Counted from the stretch's first letter, positions 9,840 to 22,777 are shown. The stretch is 64,000 nucleotides of DNA from Escherichia coli (GCF_036507355.1 NZ_AP027877.1), one strand, 5' to 3'. The notes: a model not told the origin generated them from the sequence alone. A program made the numbers and translations.

Positions 9840-11302
9840 TCAATCGTCAACTTTCACGTCTGCTGTTGTGCAGCATTCTCGGCAGCACGACGCTGATTTC
9901 CGGCTGTGCCCTGGTACGCAAGGATTCTGCGCCTCATCAACAGCTCAAACCGGAACAAATCAAACTGGCCGATGATATTCATCTTGCCAGCTCCGGCTGG
10001 CCGCAGGCGCAGTGGTGGAAACAACTCAATGACCCGCAGCTGGATGCGCTGATCCAACGGACGCTAAGTGGTTCACACACCCTCGCCGAAGCGAAACTGC
10101 GGGAAGAAAAAGCGCAGTCCCAGGCCGATTTGTTAGATGCCGGTTCACAATTACAGGTCGCAGCGTTAGGGATGCTCAACCGCCAACGCGTCTCGGCGAA
10201 CGGCTTTTTAAGCCCTTATGCGATGGATGCGCCAGCACTGGGTATGGACGGGCCGTACTATACGGAAGCCACAGTAGGTTTGTTTGCCGGACTGGATCTT
10301 GATTTGTGGGGTGTGCATCGCTCAGCGGTTGCCGCCGCCATTGGCGCGCATAATGCCGCGCTGGCAGAAACCGCAGCAGTAGAGCTATCGCTGACCACGG
10401 GCGTAGCGCAGCTTTATTACAGTATGCAGGCCAGCTATCAGATGCTCGATCTGTTAGAACAAACTCGCGATGTGATTGATTACGCGGTGAAAGCGCACCA
10501 AAGTAAAGTGGCGCACGGTCTGGAAGCGCAAGTGCCTTTCCACGGCGCGCGGGCACAGATTCTGGCGGTCGATAAACAAATTGCTGCCGTTAAAGGGCAA
10601 ATCACCGAAACGCGAGAATCTCTGCGTGCATTGATTGGCGCGGGAGCCAGCGATATGCCGGAGATCAAACCGGTGGCATTACCGCAAGTACAGACCGGCA
10701 TTCCGGCGACGCTCTCTTATGAGTTGCTCGCCAGACGCCCGGATCTGCAAGCCATGCGCTGGTATGTTCAGGCGTCATTAGATCAGGTGGATTCCGCGCG
10801 GGCGTTGTTCTACCCGAGCTTTGATATCAAAGCGTTTTTCGGCCTTGATGCCATCCACCTGGATACCTTATTCAAAAAAACCAGTCGCCAGTTCAACTTC
10901 ATCCCGGGTCTGAAATTGCCGCTGTTTGACGGTGGACGGTTGAATGCCAATCTCGAAGGCACTCGCGCCGCCAGCAACATGATGATTGAACGTTACAACC
11001 AGTCAGTACTGAACGCGGTGCGTGACGTTGCCGTCAACGGCACGCGTCTGCAAACGCTCAACGACGAGCGAGAAATGCAGGCTGAACGCGTGGAAGCAAC
11101 GCGCTTCACCCAGCGCGCTGCCGAGGCCGCCTATCAGCGCGGCTTAACCAGCCGCTTACAGGCCACTGAAGCCCGGTTGCCAGTACTTGCCGAAGAGATG
11201 TCATTACTGATGCTGGACAGCCGCCGGGTGATCCAAAGCATTCAGTTGATGAAATCGCTGGGCGGCGGGTACCAGGCGGCTCCCGTCGTCGAGAAAAAAT
11301 AA
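9836..11302 (+). CDS. mdtP: MdtP, outer membrane factor lipoprotein of MdtNOP efflux system
   Basis: 488 aa ORF with lipoprotein signal (LISGC); start overlaps mdtO stop. Confidence 0.85.
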   Translation: MINRQLSRLLLCSILGSTTLISGCALVRKDSAPHQQLKPEQIKLADDIHLASSGWPQAQWWKQLNDPQLDALIQRTLSGSHTLAEAKLREEKAQSQADLLDAGSQLQVAALGMLNRQRVSANGFLSPYAMDAPALGMDGPYYTEATVGLFAGLDLDLWGVHRSAVAAAIGAHNAALAETAAVELSLTTGVAQLYYSMQASYQMLDLLEQTRDVIDYAVKAHQSKVAHGLEAQVPFHGARAQILAVDKQIAAVKGQITETRESLRALIGAGASDMPEIKPVALPQVQTGIPATLSYELLARRPDLQAMRWYVQASLDQVDSARALFYPSFDIKAFFGLDAIHLDTLFKKTSRQFNFIPGLKLPLFDGGRLNANLEGTRAASNMMIERYNQSVLNAVRDVAVNGTRLQTLNDEREMQAERVEATRFTQRAAEAAYQRGLTSRLQATEARLPVLAEEMSLLMLDSRRVIQSIQLMKSLGGGYQAAPVVEKK

Positions 11303-11432
11303 AATGTCTGCCGCGTGATGTCTGTCACGCGGTATTTCGTTTCGTCACGTCAAAACTGACGACAGCCTGTTTTTCGTCAGAGTTTTGAATAAATAGTGCC
11401 CGTAATATCAGGGAATGACCCCAAATAAAATG

Positions 11433-11448
11433 TGGCATAAAAGATGCA
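11433..11448 (+). promoter_or_regulatory. sigma-54 (-24/-12) promoter of fdhF, with FhlA-type upstream repeats around 11330-11390
   Basis: TGGCATAAAAGATGCA matches TGGCAC-N5-TTGCA; upstream repeated TCGTCA/TGACGA motifs. Confidence 0.5.
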
Positions 11449-11499
11449 TACTGTAGTCGAGAGCGCGTATGCGTGATTTGATTAACTGGAGCGAGACCG

Positions 11500-13647
11500 A
11501 TGAAAAAAGTCGTCACGGTTTGCCCCTATTGCGCATCAGGTTGCAAAATCAACCTGGTCGTCGATAACGGCAAAATCGTCCGGGCGGAGGCAGCGCAGGG
11601 GAAAACCAACCAGGGTACCCTGTGTCTGAAGGGTTATTATGGCTGGGATTTCATTAACGATACCCAGATCCTGACCCCGCGCCTGAAAACCCCCATGATC
11701 CGTCGCCAGCGTGGCGGCAAACTCGAACCTGTTTCCTGGGATGAGGCACTGAATTACGTTGCCGAGCGCCTGAGCGCCATCAAAGAGAAGTACGGTCCGG
11801 ATGCCATCCAGACGACCGGCTCCTCGCGTGGTACGGGTAACGAAACCAACTATGTAATGCAAAAATTTGCGCGCGCCGTTATTGGTACCAATAACGTTGA
11901 CTGCTGCGCTCGTGTCTGACACGGCCCATCGGTTGCAGGTCTGCACCAATCGGTCGGTAATGGCGCAATGAGCAATGCTATTAACGAAATTGATAATACA
12001 GATTTAGTGTTCGTTTTCGGGTACAACCCGGCGGATTCCCACCCAATCGTAGCGAATCACGTAATTAACGCTAAACGTAACGGGGCGAAAATTATCGTCT
12101 GCGATCCGCGCAAAATTGAAACCGCGCGCATTGCTGACATGCACATTGCACTGAAAAACGGCTCGAACATCGCGCTGTTGAATGCGATGGGCCATGTCAT
12201 TATTGAAGAAAATCTGTACGACAAAGCGTTCGTCGCTTCACGTACAGAAGGCTTTGAAGAGTATCGTAAAATCGTTGAAGGCTACACGCCGGAGTCGGTT
12301 GAAGATATCACCGGCGTCAGCGCCAGTGAGATTCGTCAGGCGGCGCGGATGTATGCCCAGGCGAAAAGCGCCGCCATCCTGTGGGGCATGGGTGTAACCC
12401 AGTTCTACCAGGGCGTGGAAACCGTGCGTTCTCTGACCAGCCTCGCGATGCTGACCGGTAACCTCGGTAAGCCGCATGCGGGTGTAAACCCGGTTCGTGG
12501 TCAGAACAACGTGCAGGGTGCCTGCGATATGGGCGCGCTGCCGGATACGTATCCGGGATACCAGTACGTAAAAGATCCGGCTAACCGCGAGAAATTCGCC
12601 AAAGCCTGGGGCGTGGAAAGCCTGCCTGCTCATACCGGTTATCGCATCAGCGAGCTGCCGCACCGTGCAGCGCATGGCGAAGTGCGTGCCGCGTACATTA
12701 TGGGCGAAGATCCGCTGCAAACTGACGCGGAGCTGTCGGCAGTACGTAAAGCCTTTGAAGATCTGGAACTGGTTATCGTTCAGGACATCTTTATGACCAA
12801 AACCGCGTCGGCGGCGGATGTTATTTTACCGTCAACGTCGTGGGGCGAGCATGAAGGCGTGTTTACTGCGGCTGACCGTGGCTTCCAGCGTTTCTTCAAA
12901 GCAGTTGAACCGAAATGGGATCTGAAAACGGACTGGCAAATCATCAGTGAAATCGCCACCCGTATGGGTTATCCGATGCACTACAACAACACCCAGGAGA
13001 TCTGGGATGAGTTGCGTCATCTGTGCCCGGATTTCTACGGTGCGACTTACGAGAAAATGGGCGAACTGGGCTTCATTCAGTGGCCTTGCCGCGATACTTC
13101 AGATGCCGATCAGGGGACTTCTTATCTGTTTAAAGAGAAGTTTGATACCCCGAACGGTCTGGCGCAGTTCTTCACCTGCGACTGGGTAGCGCCAATCGAC
13201 AAACTCACCGACGAGTACCCGATGGTACTGTCAACGGTGCGTGAAGTTGGTCACTACTCTTGCCGTTCGATGACCGGTAACTGTGCGGCACTGGCGGCGC
13301 TGGCTGATGAACCTGGCTACGCACAAATCAATACCGAAGACGCCAAACGTCTGGGTATTGAAGATGAGGCATTGGTTTGGGTGCACTCGCGTAAAGGCAA
13401 AATTATCACCCGTGCGCAGGTCAGCGATCGTCCGAACAAAGGGGCGATTTACATGACCTACCAGTGGTGGATTGGTGCCTGTAACGAGCTGGTTACCGAA
13501 AACTTAAGCCCGATTACGAAAACGCCGGAATACAAATACTGCGCCGTGCGCGTCGAGCCGATCGCCGATCAGCGCGCCGCCGAGCAGTACGTGATTGACG
13601 AGTACAACAAGTTGAAAACTCGCCTGCGCGAAGCGGCACTGGCGTAA
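11500..13647 (+). CDS. fdhF: formate dehydrogenase H (selenocysteine-containing molybdoenzyme), with in-frame UGA at codon 140
   Basis: Two track ORFs (11500-11919 and 11968-13647) are in the same frame, separated only by TGA at 11917-11919; N-terminal Cys cluster CPYCASGC; total 715 codons. Confidence 0.9.
11917..11960 (+). promoter_or_regulatory. selenocysteine insertion element (SECIS hairpin) immediately 3' of UGA-140
   Basis: UGACACGGCCCAUCGGUUGCAGGUCUGCACCAAUCGGUCGG forms the stem-loop known for fdhF. Confidence 0.7.
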
Positions 13648-13662
13648 TACAGTCCTTTCTAC

Positions 13663-13689
13663 AGCCTCCTTTCGGAGGCTGTTTTTTTA
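13663..13689 (+). terminator. rho-independent terminator of fdhF
   Basis: AGCCTCC-TTTCGG-GGAGGCT hairpin followed by TTTTTTT. Confidence 0.6.
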
Positions 13690-13740
13690 TCCATTCGAAC
13701 TCTTTATACTGGTTACTCCCTACCCAATCGTATTATCAAA

Positions 13741-14430
13741 ATGAAAAAAATTATCGCATTGATGTTGTTTTTGACATTCTTTGCCCACGCCAACGACTCC
13801 GAGCCTGGCAGCCAGTATTTAAAGGCAGCAGAGGCCGGGGACCGACGCGCACAATATTTTCTTGCCGACAGCTGGTTTAGCTCCGGCGATTTGAGCAAAG
13901 CCGAATATTGGGCACAGAAAGCCGCCGACAGCGGTGATGCTGATGCCTGCGCGCTGTTGGCGCAGATCAAAATCACCAATCCGGTCAGTCTGGACTATCC
14001 ACAAGCAAAAGTTCTTGCAGAGAAAGCGGCGCAAGCGGGCAGTAAAGAAGGTGAAGTAACGCTGGCGCATATTCTGGTAAATACTCAAGCGGGTAAACCG
14101 GATTATCCAAAGGCGATTTCGCTGTTAGAAAACGCCTCGGAAGATCTGGAGAATGACTCCGCCGTCGATGCCCAAATGCTGCTTGGTTTGATTTACGCCA
14201 ACGGCGTGGGCATTAAGGCCGACGATGACAAGGCAACCTGGTATTTCAAACGCAGCTCTGCAATTTCCCGAACCGGTTATTCCGAGTACTGGGCGGGAAT
14301 GATGTTCTTAAACGGTGAAGAAGGTTTTATCGAGAAGAACAAGCAAAAGGCGCTGCACTGGTTGAACCTGAGCTGTATGGAAGGGTTTGATACCGGGTGT
14401 GAAGAGTTTGAAAAATTAACTAACGGTTAA
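13741..14430 (+). CDS. yjcO: Sel1-repeat periplasmic protein YjcO
   Basis: 229 aa ORF with signal peptide and repeated A-x-x-A-A-x-x-G Sel1/TPR-like units. Confidence 0.7.
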   Translation: MKKIIALMLFLTFFAHANDSEPGSQYLKAAEAGDRRAQYFLADSWFSSGDLSKAEYWAQKAADSGDADACALLAQIKITNPVSLDYPQAKVLAEKAAQAGSKEGEVTLAHILVNTQAGKPDYPKAISLLENASEDLENDSAVDAQMLLGLIYANGVGIKADDDKATWYFKRSSAISRTGYSEYWAGMMFLNGEEGFIEKNKQKALHWLNLSCMEGFDTGCEEFEKLTNG

Positions 14431-14600
14431 GGTAGGCCTGATAAGACGCGTTAAGCGTCGCATCAGGCGTTGATGTCGGATGCGGCGTAAACGCCTTATC
14501 CGACCTACAAAATCACGCTAAATCAGGCTATTGCGCTGTCTGACGTAGGCCTGATAAGACGCACCAGCGTCGCATCAGGCATCCACACATTGCCGGGGGA
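14431..14600. repeat. REP/BIME cluster (repetitive extragenic palindromes)
   Basis: Repeated GCCTGATAAGACGC...GCATCAGGC and GCCGGATGCGGCGTAAACGCCTTATCCGACCTAC motifs between convergent yjcO and gltP. Confidence 0.6.
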
Positions 14601-14619
14601 TATCCCCGGCAATCTTCAA

Positions 14620-15933
14620 TTATTGATCCGCAGTTTTATCAAATTTGCCCAGCACTTCACGCTCATAAGCCAGCGCCTTTTTGCGGTCAAATTTGTGTTC
14701 CCACTTGGCAATCACCAGCACCGCCAGCGCATTACCCACCACGTTCAGCGCAGTACGCGCCATATCGAGGATACGGTCAACACCGGCAATAAACGCCAGA
14801 CCTTCCAGCGGAATACCTACGCTACCCAGCGTTGCCAGCAACACCACAAACGACACGCCCGGCACGCCAGCAATCCCTTTCGAGGTCACCATCAGCGTCA
14901 GCACCAGAATGATTTCCTGCCAGATGGACAGGTCAATGCCATACAGCTGAGCGATGAAAATAGCGGCAATACTTTGATACAGCGTCGAACCATCAAGGTT
15001 AAAAGAGTAACCGGTCGGCACCACGAAGCTGGTGATCGACGCCGGTGCTCCGTAGGCTTCCATCTTCTCAATAATTCGCGGCAGTACGCTTTCAGAGCTG
15101 GCAGTGGAGTACGCCAGAATCAGCTCATCTTTCAGAATACGAATCAGGATCCAGACGCTTAACCCGCACAGGCGCGCCACAATTCCCAGCACTACCAGCG
15201 CGAAGAACAGAATGGCGAAATGCACCAGCAGCACCAGTTTCGCCAGTGGCCACAGAGAAGAGAAACCAAAGTTAGCCACCGTCACCGCAATCAGCGCAAA
15301 CACACCCACCGGCGCATAACGCATCACCATGTGAGTCACTTTAAACATGGTTTCAGAGATGGAGCGGAACACGGTCACCAGCGGTTCACGATGCGTCGCG
15401 GGCAGGGAGGAAAGCCCCAGACCAAACAGCACCGAGAAGAAGATGATCGGCAGCATTTCGCCTTTCGCCATCGACGCCACAATGTTCGTCGGCACCAGCG
15501 ACAAAATCGTGCCCATAATGCCGTGGGAACTGCTTTGTACCGCTTCCGTAGTGCTCTGATATTTCGAGATATCGACGGTCGCCAGCTGCGACATATCCAC
15601 CCCGGCACCGGGCTGGAAGACGTTCGCCAGAGTGATCCCCAAAATGATGGCGACGGTGGTGATCACCTCGAAGTAAATAATGGTTTTCGCGCCAATACGC
15701 CCGAGCTGTTTGGCATCACCCACACCCGCGATACCCACCACCAGCGTGGAGATCACAATCGGCACAACAATCATTTTGATCAGATGGATGAAGATATCAC
15801 CCGCCGGAGAGAGCAAATTGACGACCAGCCAGTCGCGGCTGTCGCTATGGTAGTGCAGGTAGCTTCCCAGGAGAATGCCCAGCACCATAGCAAACAGAAT
15901 CTGCCAGGCCAGGCTGAATTTTATATTTTTCAT
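14620..15933 (-). CDS. gltP: proton/glutamate-aspartate symporter GltP
   Basis: 437 aa multi-TM ORF matching remembered GltP. Confidence 0.9.
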   Translation of the reverse strand: MKNIKFSLAWQILFAMVLGILLGSYLHYHSDSRDWLVVNLLSPAGDIFIHLIKMIVVPIVISTLVVGIAGVGDAKQLGRIGAKTIIYFEVITTVAIILGITLANVFQPGAGVDMSQLATVDISKYQSTTEAVQSSSHGIMGTILSLVPTNIVASMAKGEMLPIIFFSVLFGLGLSSLPATHREPLVTVFRSISETMFKVTHMVMRYAPVGVFALIAVTVANFGFSSLWPLAKLVLLVHFAILFFALVVLGIVARLCGLSVWILIRILKDELILAYSTASSESVLPRIIEKMEAYGAPASITSFVVPTGYSFNLDGSTLYQSIAAIFIAQLYGIDLSIWQEIILVLTLMVTSKGIAGVPGVSFVVLLATLGSVGIPLEGLAFIAGVDRILDMARTALNVVGNALAVLVIAKWEHKFDRKKALAYEREVLGKFDKTADQ

Positions 15934-16274
15934 CAGAATAACTTCCTCAATGGAGCGCCGTTCCCCGTTCAGAAACGCGAGAACGTGACATACTGCCAGG
16001 GCATGAATTGTGTTGCGTTGGTTTGTAGACTTTTTTAACGCTTATGATCAGTATCATTTGCGCGGTATGTTGCGCAACCCTTTAACAACAGAGCTTTTCG
16101 CTGCATTAATGCATAATAACGCGAGTTTATGGCAGGATTAATGAATAACCATTTGTTATGGAAAGATTTTTATTTGTTTAATCTGCAATAATACTGATTA
16201 GTGATTATTTTTAGTATATGTTCATTCGATTATTTTTTATGCAGCTCAATAACATAATCTTCATCACCAGATGA

Positions 16275-16871
16275 TTAATCCGATCTCCGCTGCAACAATT
16301 TCGCCATATTAATCGACTCGACCAGCTGTGTCCGGTTGATCCGGGGTGAGTTGAGATCCATCACTTTTTGCCATAGTTCGATGGCTTGCGCGTAGTTCGC
16401 CTGCATAAACGCATCGGAAGCCAGCAGCATCAGAGCGGTGATTTCGTTAGAGTCCAGCGCGAGGGCTTTGTCGATCATTGCGCGAGTCTGGGCGGTCATA
16501 TGCTGGCTGGCCTGATAGTAGAGCACCGTCGCCAGCGCCGCATACAATTCAGCATTCTCACCACGTAGTTGCAACGCCTGACGGTACGCCAGCAGCGAAT
16601 TGCTGTAATCGTTTTGCCACAGATAGTACTCGCCCAGTAACGCCCACTGTTCGCTGTTTTGCGGATTAGCGCGGATTTTATCCTGCAATGCCTGAAGCTG
16701 CGCTTCCGGGGTTTGCTGGCTGGCAAACTGATGTAGCGGATCGCGCTGACGCTGATACTCCGCACGTACCGCCTGCCATTTTGGGCTTAACAGATAACTG
16801 CCGACACAGAGGAATACCATCAATATCGTGAGTGTTGTCAGCATTTTCACCGGTATTTGAGGCTGTTTCAT
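16275..16871 (-). CDS. nrfG: NrfG, TPR protein for NrfA heme lyase system
   Basis: Start taken at MKQPQIP within longer ORF; overlaps nrfF by 4 bp. Confidence 0.8.
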   Translation of the reverse strand: MKQPQIPVKMLTTLTILMVFLCVGSYLLSPKWQAVRAEYQRQRDPLHQFASQQTPEAQLQALQDKIRANPQNSEQWALLGEYYLWQNDYSNSLLAYRQALQLRGENAELYAALATVLYYQASQHMTAQTRAMIDKALALDSNEITALMLLASDAFMQANYAQAIELWQKVMDLNSPRINRTQLVESINMAKLLQRRSD

Positions 16872-17251
16872 CGCTTTGCCCTCACTCGCCAGAGGATCAG
16901 TGCCATCAGCAGTAACAACACCACTGGCAGCGCCCACAACACCAGCGTCTGACCCGTTAACGGTGGGTTATAGCGAACAAAATCTCCGTAGCGTTCGGTC
17001 ATCCAGCCAATGATTTCGACTTCACTTTTCCCCTCCGCCACCATGCTGTAAACCTGATGGCGCATACTGACTGCCACCGGCGCGTTGGATTCCAGTAAGT
17101 TTTGATTCTGGCACTGCGGACAACGTAACTGGCTGGCAATATTTAACGCCTGTTGCTGTTGTTGCGGATTGGCGAATTGCCAGGTGTCTACAACCTGAGC
17201 GCGCGCAAAACAGGTAAATAACAGCAGTAGCGTGAGAAGCCCTTTATACAT
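16868..17251 (-). CDS. nrfF: NrfF (CcmH-like) cytochrome c maturation protein
   Basis: 127 aa ORF with CPQC thiol-redox motif. Confidence 0.8.
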   Translation of the reverse strand: MYKGLLTLLLLFTCFARAQVVDTWQFANPQQQQQALNIASQLRCPQCQNQNLLESNAPVAVSMRHQVYSMVAEGKSEVEIIGWMTERYGDFVRYNPPLTGQTLVLWALPVVLLLLMALILWRVRAKR

Positions 17252-18926
17252 CGCGCTTCTTCCCCCGCCATCCGCTTAACAATGCGCCTGCAATCATCAA
17301 CAATCCTCCCCCCCAGATCCAGCGCACACCGCTTTGTACATACAAACGAAAAGCGTAACGATCCGGCCCAGTTTTCTCCCCCATGACCGCATACCAGTCA
17401 TGGATGCCGTTCCAGCGAATTGACGGTTCCATCATTTGCTGACGGCGTGCTTCATAAAAACGCCGCTCCGGCGTCAGTTCACCAATACGTTGCTGATGGT
17501 CAAACAGTGCCACTATCGCTTTTTCGCTGGTGTAATTGCCTCTGGCTTGCAGATCGAGGCGCTCAAAACGGAAGGTGTATCCTGCCAGCGTCACCTGCTG
17601 ACCCAGCTGTAAATTCAGGCTGATTTCCTGACGGCTGACGCTGGAAACCACGACCCCAGCGGCAAATAACAGCACGCCCGCATGAGCTACCAGCGCCGGA
17701 AGCTGCACGCGTTTGCCAGAGACAAACGTCGCCAGCACAATCACCACCAACATCAACAGACCAAACGGTAACGTCGCGCGGTTAAAATACGGTGCGCCAA
17801 CGGAGAGGCGTCCCCAGCCCAGCAGGCCGTAAATCATCGGATAAAGCGTTCCCACCAGCACGATCAGTAGCACTGCGCAAAACAGCAACAGCGTAGCGAG
17901 GATTAACATTTCCCGCGATAACCCCGAAAAACGCACCGCCGGGCCACCGTCCCGCGCTCGCCAGCCATACAGAGCCAGAGACGCAAGGCTAATCAGTGCA
18001 AACAGACTGAACAACGGCACGGCGCGGACGTTATCCAGCGCGAACGCATGAACCGAAACCAGAATGCCAGAACGGACAATTAAGGTGCCCAGCAATGACA
18101 GCATCAGAGTAACTATCGCCAACAACAGCGACCAGTGGCGGAAAATCCCCCGCTGGCGTGTCAGGGATAAACTGTGCAGCAGCGCAGTGGCAGAAAGCCA
18201 GGGTAATAAAGAGGCGTTTTCCACCGGATCCCAGAACCACCAGCCGCCCCAGCCCAGTTCGCAATAGGCCCACCAGGAACCGAGGATGATCCCCGCAGTT
18301 AATGCGCTCCAGCCAGGTAACGCCCAGCGCCAGCAAATTCGGGCGCAGGCACCATCAAACTCGCCGCGCAGTAGACTCGCCAGCGCCACGCTCGCCGCTA
18401 CCATCAAACCGCCATAGCCAAGGTAAAGCAGCGGTGGATGAAAGATAAGACCGGGATGTTGCAGCATCGGATTGAGATCGCGGCCTTCGATTGCTGGTGG
18501 AAATATCCGCACGAAAGGATCGGACCACAGCACTACAAACAGTAGCAGTGCGGCGAGCATGAGAGATAAAACGGCTAACGTCAGCGGAAATAGCGGATCG
18601 GTTTGCTGCCGATAATGCCAGGCAAACAGCGCGCTCCAGGCGGAAAGCAGCAGAACCCAAAGCAGCAGCGAACCTTCATGACCACCCCATACCGCCGCCA
18701 GTTTGAGTTCCCACGACAGCAGGCTGTAGCTATGTTGGGCGACATAAATGACCGAGAAATCGCTGATGAGAAAACAATACGTCAGTACGCCAAAGGCGAG
18801 CAGCAGGAGCGCGAACTGTGCCAGAATGCCGATGCAAGTGAGTCGCATCATGGCAGGCCAGCGCAACCGCACTCCCGCGAAGGCCGTCAACGGGGTCAAC
18901 ACGTTGACCCCGAGACTTAACAACAA
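17244..18926 (-). CDS. nrfE: NrfE (CcmF-like) heme lyase
   Basis: 560 aa polytopic membrane ORF; operon position; start codon uncertain. Confidence 0.8.
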   Translation of the reverse strand: MLLSLGVNVLTPLTAFAGVRLRWPAMMRLTCIGILAQFALLLLAFGVLTYCFLISDFSVIYVAQHSYSLLSWELKLAAVWGGHEGSLLLWVLLLSAWSALFAWHYRQQTDPLFPLTLAVLSLMLAALLLFVVLWSDPFVRIFPPAIEGRDLNPMLQHPGLIFHPPLLYLGYGGLMVAASVALASLLRGEFDGACARICWRWALPGWSALTAGIILGSWWAYCELGWGGWWFWDPVENASLLPWLSATALLHSLSLTRQRGIFRHWSLLLAIVTLMLSLLGTLIVRSGILVSVHAFALDNVRAVPLFSLFALISLASLALYGWRARDGGPAVRFSGLSREMLILATLLLFCAVLLIVLVGTLYPMIYGLLGWGRLSVGAPYFNRATLPFGLLMLVVIVLATFVSGKRVQLPALVAHAGVLLFAAGVVVSSVSRQEISLNLQLGQQVTLAGYTFRFERLDLQARGNYTSEKAIVALFDHQQRIGELTPERRFYEARRQQMMEPSIRWNGIHDWYAVMGEKTGPDRYAFRLYVQSGVRWIWGGGLLMIAGALLSGWRGKKRDV

Positions 18927-18981
18927 CGCCAGAAAACCGACTTCAGGAAGGAATACGTCCAGAAACCACCTCTTTTCTGGC

Positions 18982-19938
18982 TTACGCCACCGTTAACTGC
19001 CCGGCGTAGAGAATGAAAAAACGCAGCATCAAGACGCCGACCAGGCTGGCCCCACACGCCGCCAGCACGGCAGGAATGCCGGAACTGCGATTGACCCACG
19101 GTTTGAGCAACATTGGTACAATCAACCCCAGCCCGGCGACACCAAGCCAGAACCACCACGTCCAGAAACCGCCGCCCAATGCCGCCACCAGCGCACGCAC
19201 TTTACCGTCATCGCCCAGCGCCAGACCGACAAAAAACGCCACCAGCAGGAAGATTTCACCCCATACCACGGGGATTTCCATCCGGTGAACAAAGTGCGCT
19301 TCCGTGGAATGCGGATTTTTGCGTTGGCGTATCGCCATGGCGATCAGCGCTACCGCCGCACCGGACGAGATGCCGGAGAAGAGGAACAGCACCGGCAGGA
19401 TCGGGTTATTGAGGAACGGATACGATTTCAGCGCCGACAGCAGAAAACCGGTATAAGCCCCCAACAACACCGCCAGCACCAGCATCAATGTTTCCAGTCC
19501 GCGATGAACGGGCGTCAGCAGGCTCAGAACCTTTTGCACGATCCCCAGCTTCGGCAACCAGCGTTGTTGCAGGGCAAGCAAATCATGTTCAAAGATTTTC
19601 GCCAGCCACAGCACCAGCACCACCATGTAAAGCTGAAACAGCATCACCCCCATCGACATCACCGAGGTAAAACTGTAGTGGAACATCAGCTTCCAGAAGG
19701 TCCACGGTCTTGTCAGGTGGAAGACGAGGATCAATAGACCGAGGATCACCGCGCCAGGTCCGACAATCAGCGTGGTGCGCAGCAACGTGCTGTCTGCACC
19801 GCCCGCCTGCGGGTAGAAGCGACGTAACAGCACAGCCAGCGTCACCAGACCAGCAGAAATACCAATCAAAAACAGGTAGATGGCAATCGGCCAGTCCCAC
19901 ACCAGTGATTCAAAATGAAATGCGGAAGTCTGCGTCAT
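18982..19938 (-). CDS. nrfD: NrfD, membrane quinol-oxidising subunit
   Basis: 318 aa multi-TM ORF. Confidence 0.85.
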   Translation of the reverse strand: MTQTSAFHFESLVWDWPIAIYLFLIGISAGLVTLAVLLRRFYPQAGGADSTLLRTTLIVGPGAVILGLLILVFHLTRPWTFWKLMFHYSFTSVMSMGVMLFQLYMVVLVLWLAKIFEHDLLALQQRWLPKLGIVQKVLSLLTPVHRGLETLMLVLAVLLGAYTGFLLSALKSYPFLNNPILPVLFLFSGISSGAAVALIAMAIRQRKNPHSTEAHFVHRMEIPVVWGEIFLLVAFFVGLALGDDGKVRALVAALGGGFWTWWFWLGVAGLGLIVPMLLKPWVNRSSGIPAVLAACGASLVGVLMLRFFILYAGQLTVA

Positions 19939-20606
19939 TGGCTCACCTCCCCGTATTTAAACGGTACGCGGTACAGCTTCGGTTTGGTTCCCAGCGCCAG
20001 CTTGTAGCGGTAAGTGGGCTTCTGGCGCAGCAGTTGCGAAATCTCACTGTTGGGATCGTCCAGATTGCCAAACGTCAGCGCCTTCGTCGGGCAAGCCTCA
20101 ACGCACGCGGGAAGCTTACCGGCCTGCAAATTGGTCTTACGGCAGAAATCGCATTTGTCCGCTGTCTTCGTGACCGGATGGATAAAGCGCACGCGGTACG
20201 GACAGGCGGCGATGCAGTACTGACAACCGACGCAGAGATCCGGATTAACATCGACAATCCCGCTAGCGGCATCACGAAAAGACGCACCGGTCGGGCAGAC
20301 GTCAACGCACGGCGCATGATCGCAGTGCTGGCAAGACTTACGGAAGAAGCGATATTTCACATCAGGAAATTCGCCCTGCGGCTCGCTACGAATAATCGTC
20401 AGGCGCGAGACGCCTTCCGGCACCTTGTTCACTTCCCGACAAGCATCCATACAGGCGGTACAGCCGATGCATAACGACTCGTCATGCACCATGCCGTAAC
20501 GTACCCCATTGATATTCAACGTTTTCGCCACCACGCGTCCTGCGGTGCCGCTGACGGCTGCCAGCACGCCGACGCCGGTGAGAAACTGGCGACGAGACCA
20601 GGTCAT
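19935..20606 (-). CDS. nrfC: NrfC, 4Fe-4S ferredoxin-type subunit
   Basis: 223 aa ORF with Tat-like N-terminus (RRQFL) and multiple CxxCxxCxxxCP clusters. Confidence 0.85.
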
Positions 20607-21175
20607 GGCTGCTCCTTAAGCAACGGAACAGACGCCGGGTTAAAGTTCGGATTGGTGCGCTGATCGCTGTGGCAATCGACGCAAATCTTAATCCGTCCTT
20701 TGTCACTTAACGTCTGCATCGTATCTTGCTGTGGATGCAGGGAATGGCAGCTGGCGCACGCCACTTTGGTTACGTGGACATCGTGCGGCCAGAACGCTTT
20801 TTGCAACTGTTCCGGCAGATGGCAGGACATACAGACGCTGTTCTGCTCTCCAACCTTGTACATCGGCTCGTTAAAGCGCATCACATCTTTCACCCCTTCG
20901 CGGTGTTGCGGTGATGGCTGGCCGTGACAGTTGGTGCAGGTGACCGGCAGTTTGTTATTCGGGTTGATAACGGAAGCATGTTTGCCATGCATACCTTCGG
21001 TATCTGGCTTATGACAGTCCAGACAGGCGGCATCCGGGTTACGCTGCTGGGTAACTTCGTAGCGATCATCAGATGCCTGCGCCGCAGGGGTAGCGGTAAT
21101 TCCGTTCAGGCTCCACAACAGGCCCGACGCCAGCACCCCGGCAGTTAATAACGAACGTAATACGCTCATATTCAC
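20603..21175 (-). CDS. nrfB: NrfB, pentaheme cytochrome c
   Basis: 190 aa ORF with five CxxCH motifs. Confidence 0.85.
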
Positions 21176-21213
21176 TCCATTGTGTTTTCCGCCCCTTGCG
21201 AGGCGGAACGGGG

Positions 21214-22692
<1,479 letters not shown>

Positions 22693-22777
22693 TTATTGTT
22701 TTTCACGACAGTAACCGCACCTACACTGTCATGACATTGCTCGCCCCTATGTGTAACAAATAACCACACTGTGAATG

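Noticed and set aside
11536-11949. 137-aa minus-strand ORF spanning the fdhF UGA region, and the apparent split of fdhF into two ORFs
   Set aside because: fdhF is a single gene read through an in-frame selenocysteine UGA; the minus-strand ORF is antisense
15220-16038. 272-aa plus-strand ORF rich in His/Arg/Gln overlapping gltP
   Set aside because: Antisense to gltP with low-complexity composition; artefact of the opposite-strand reading frame
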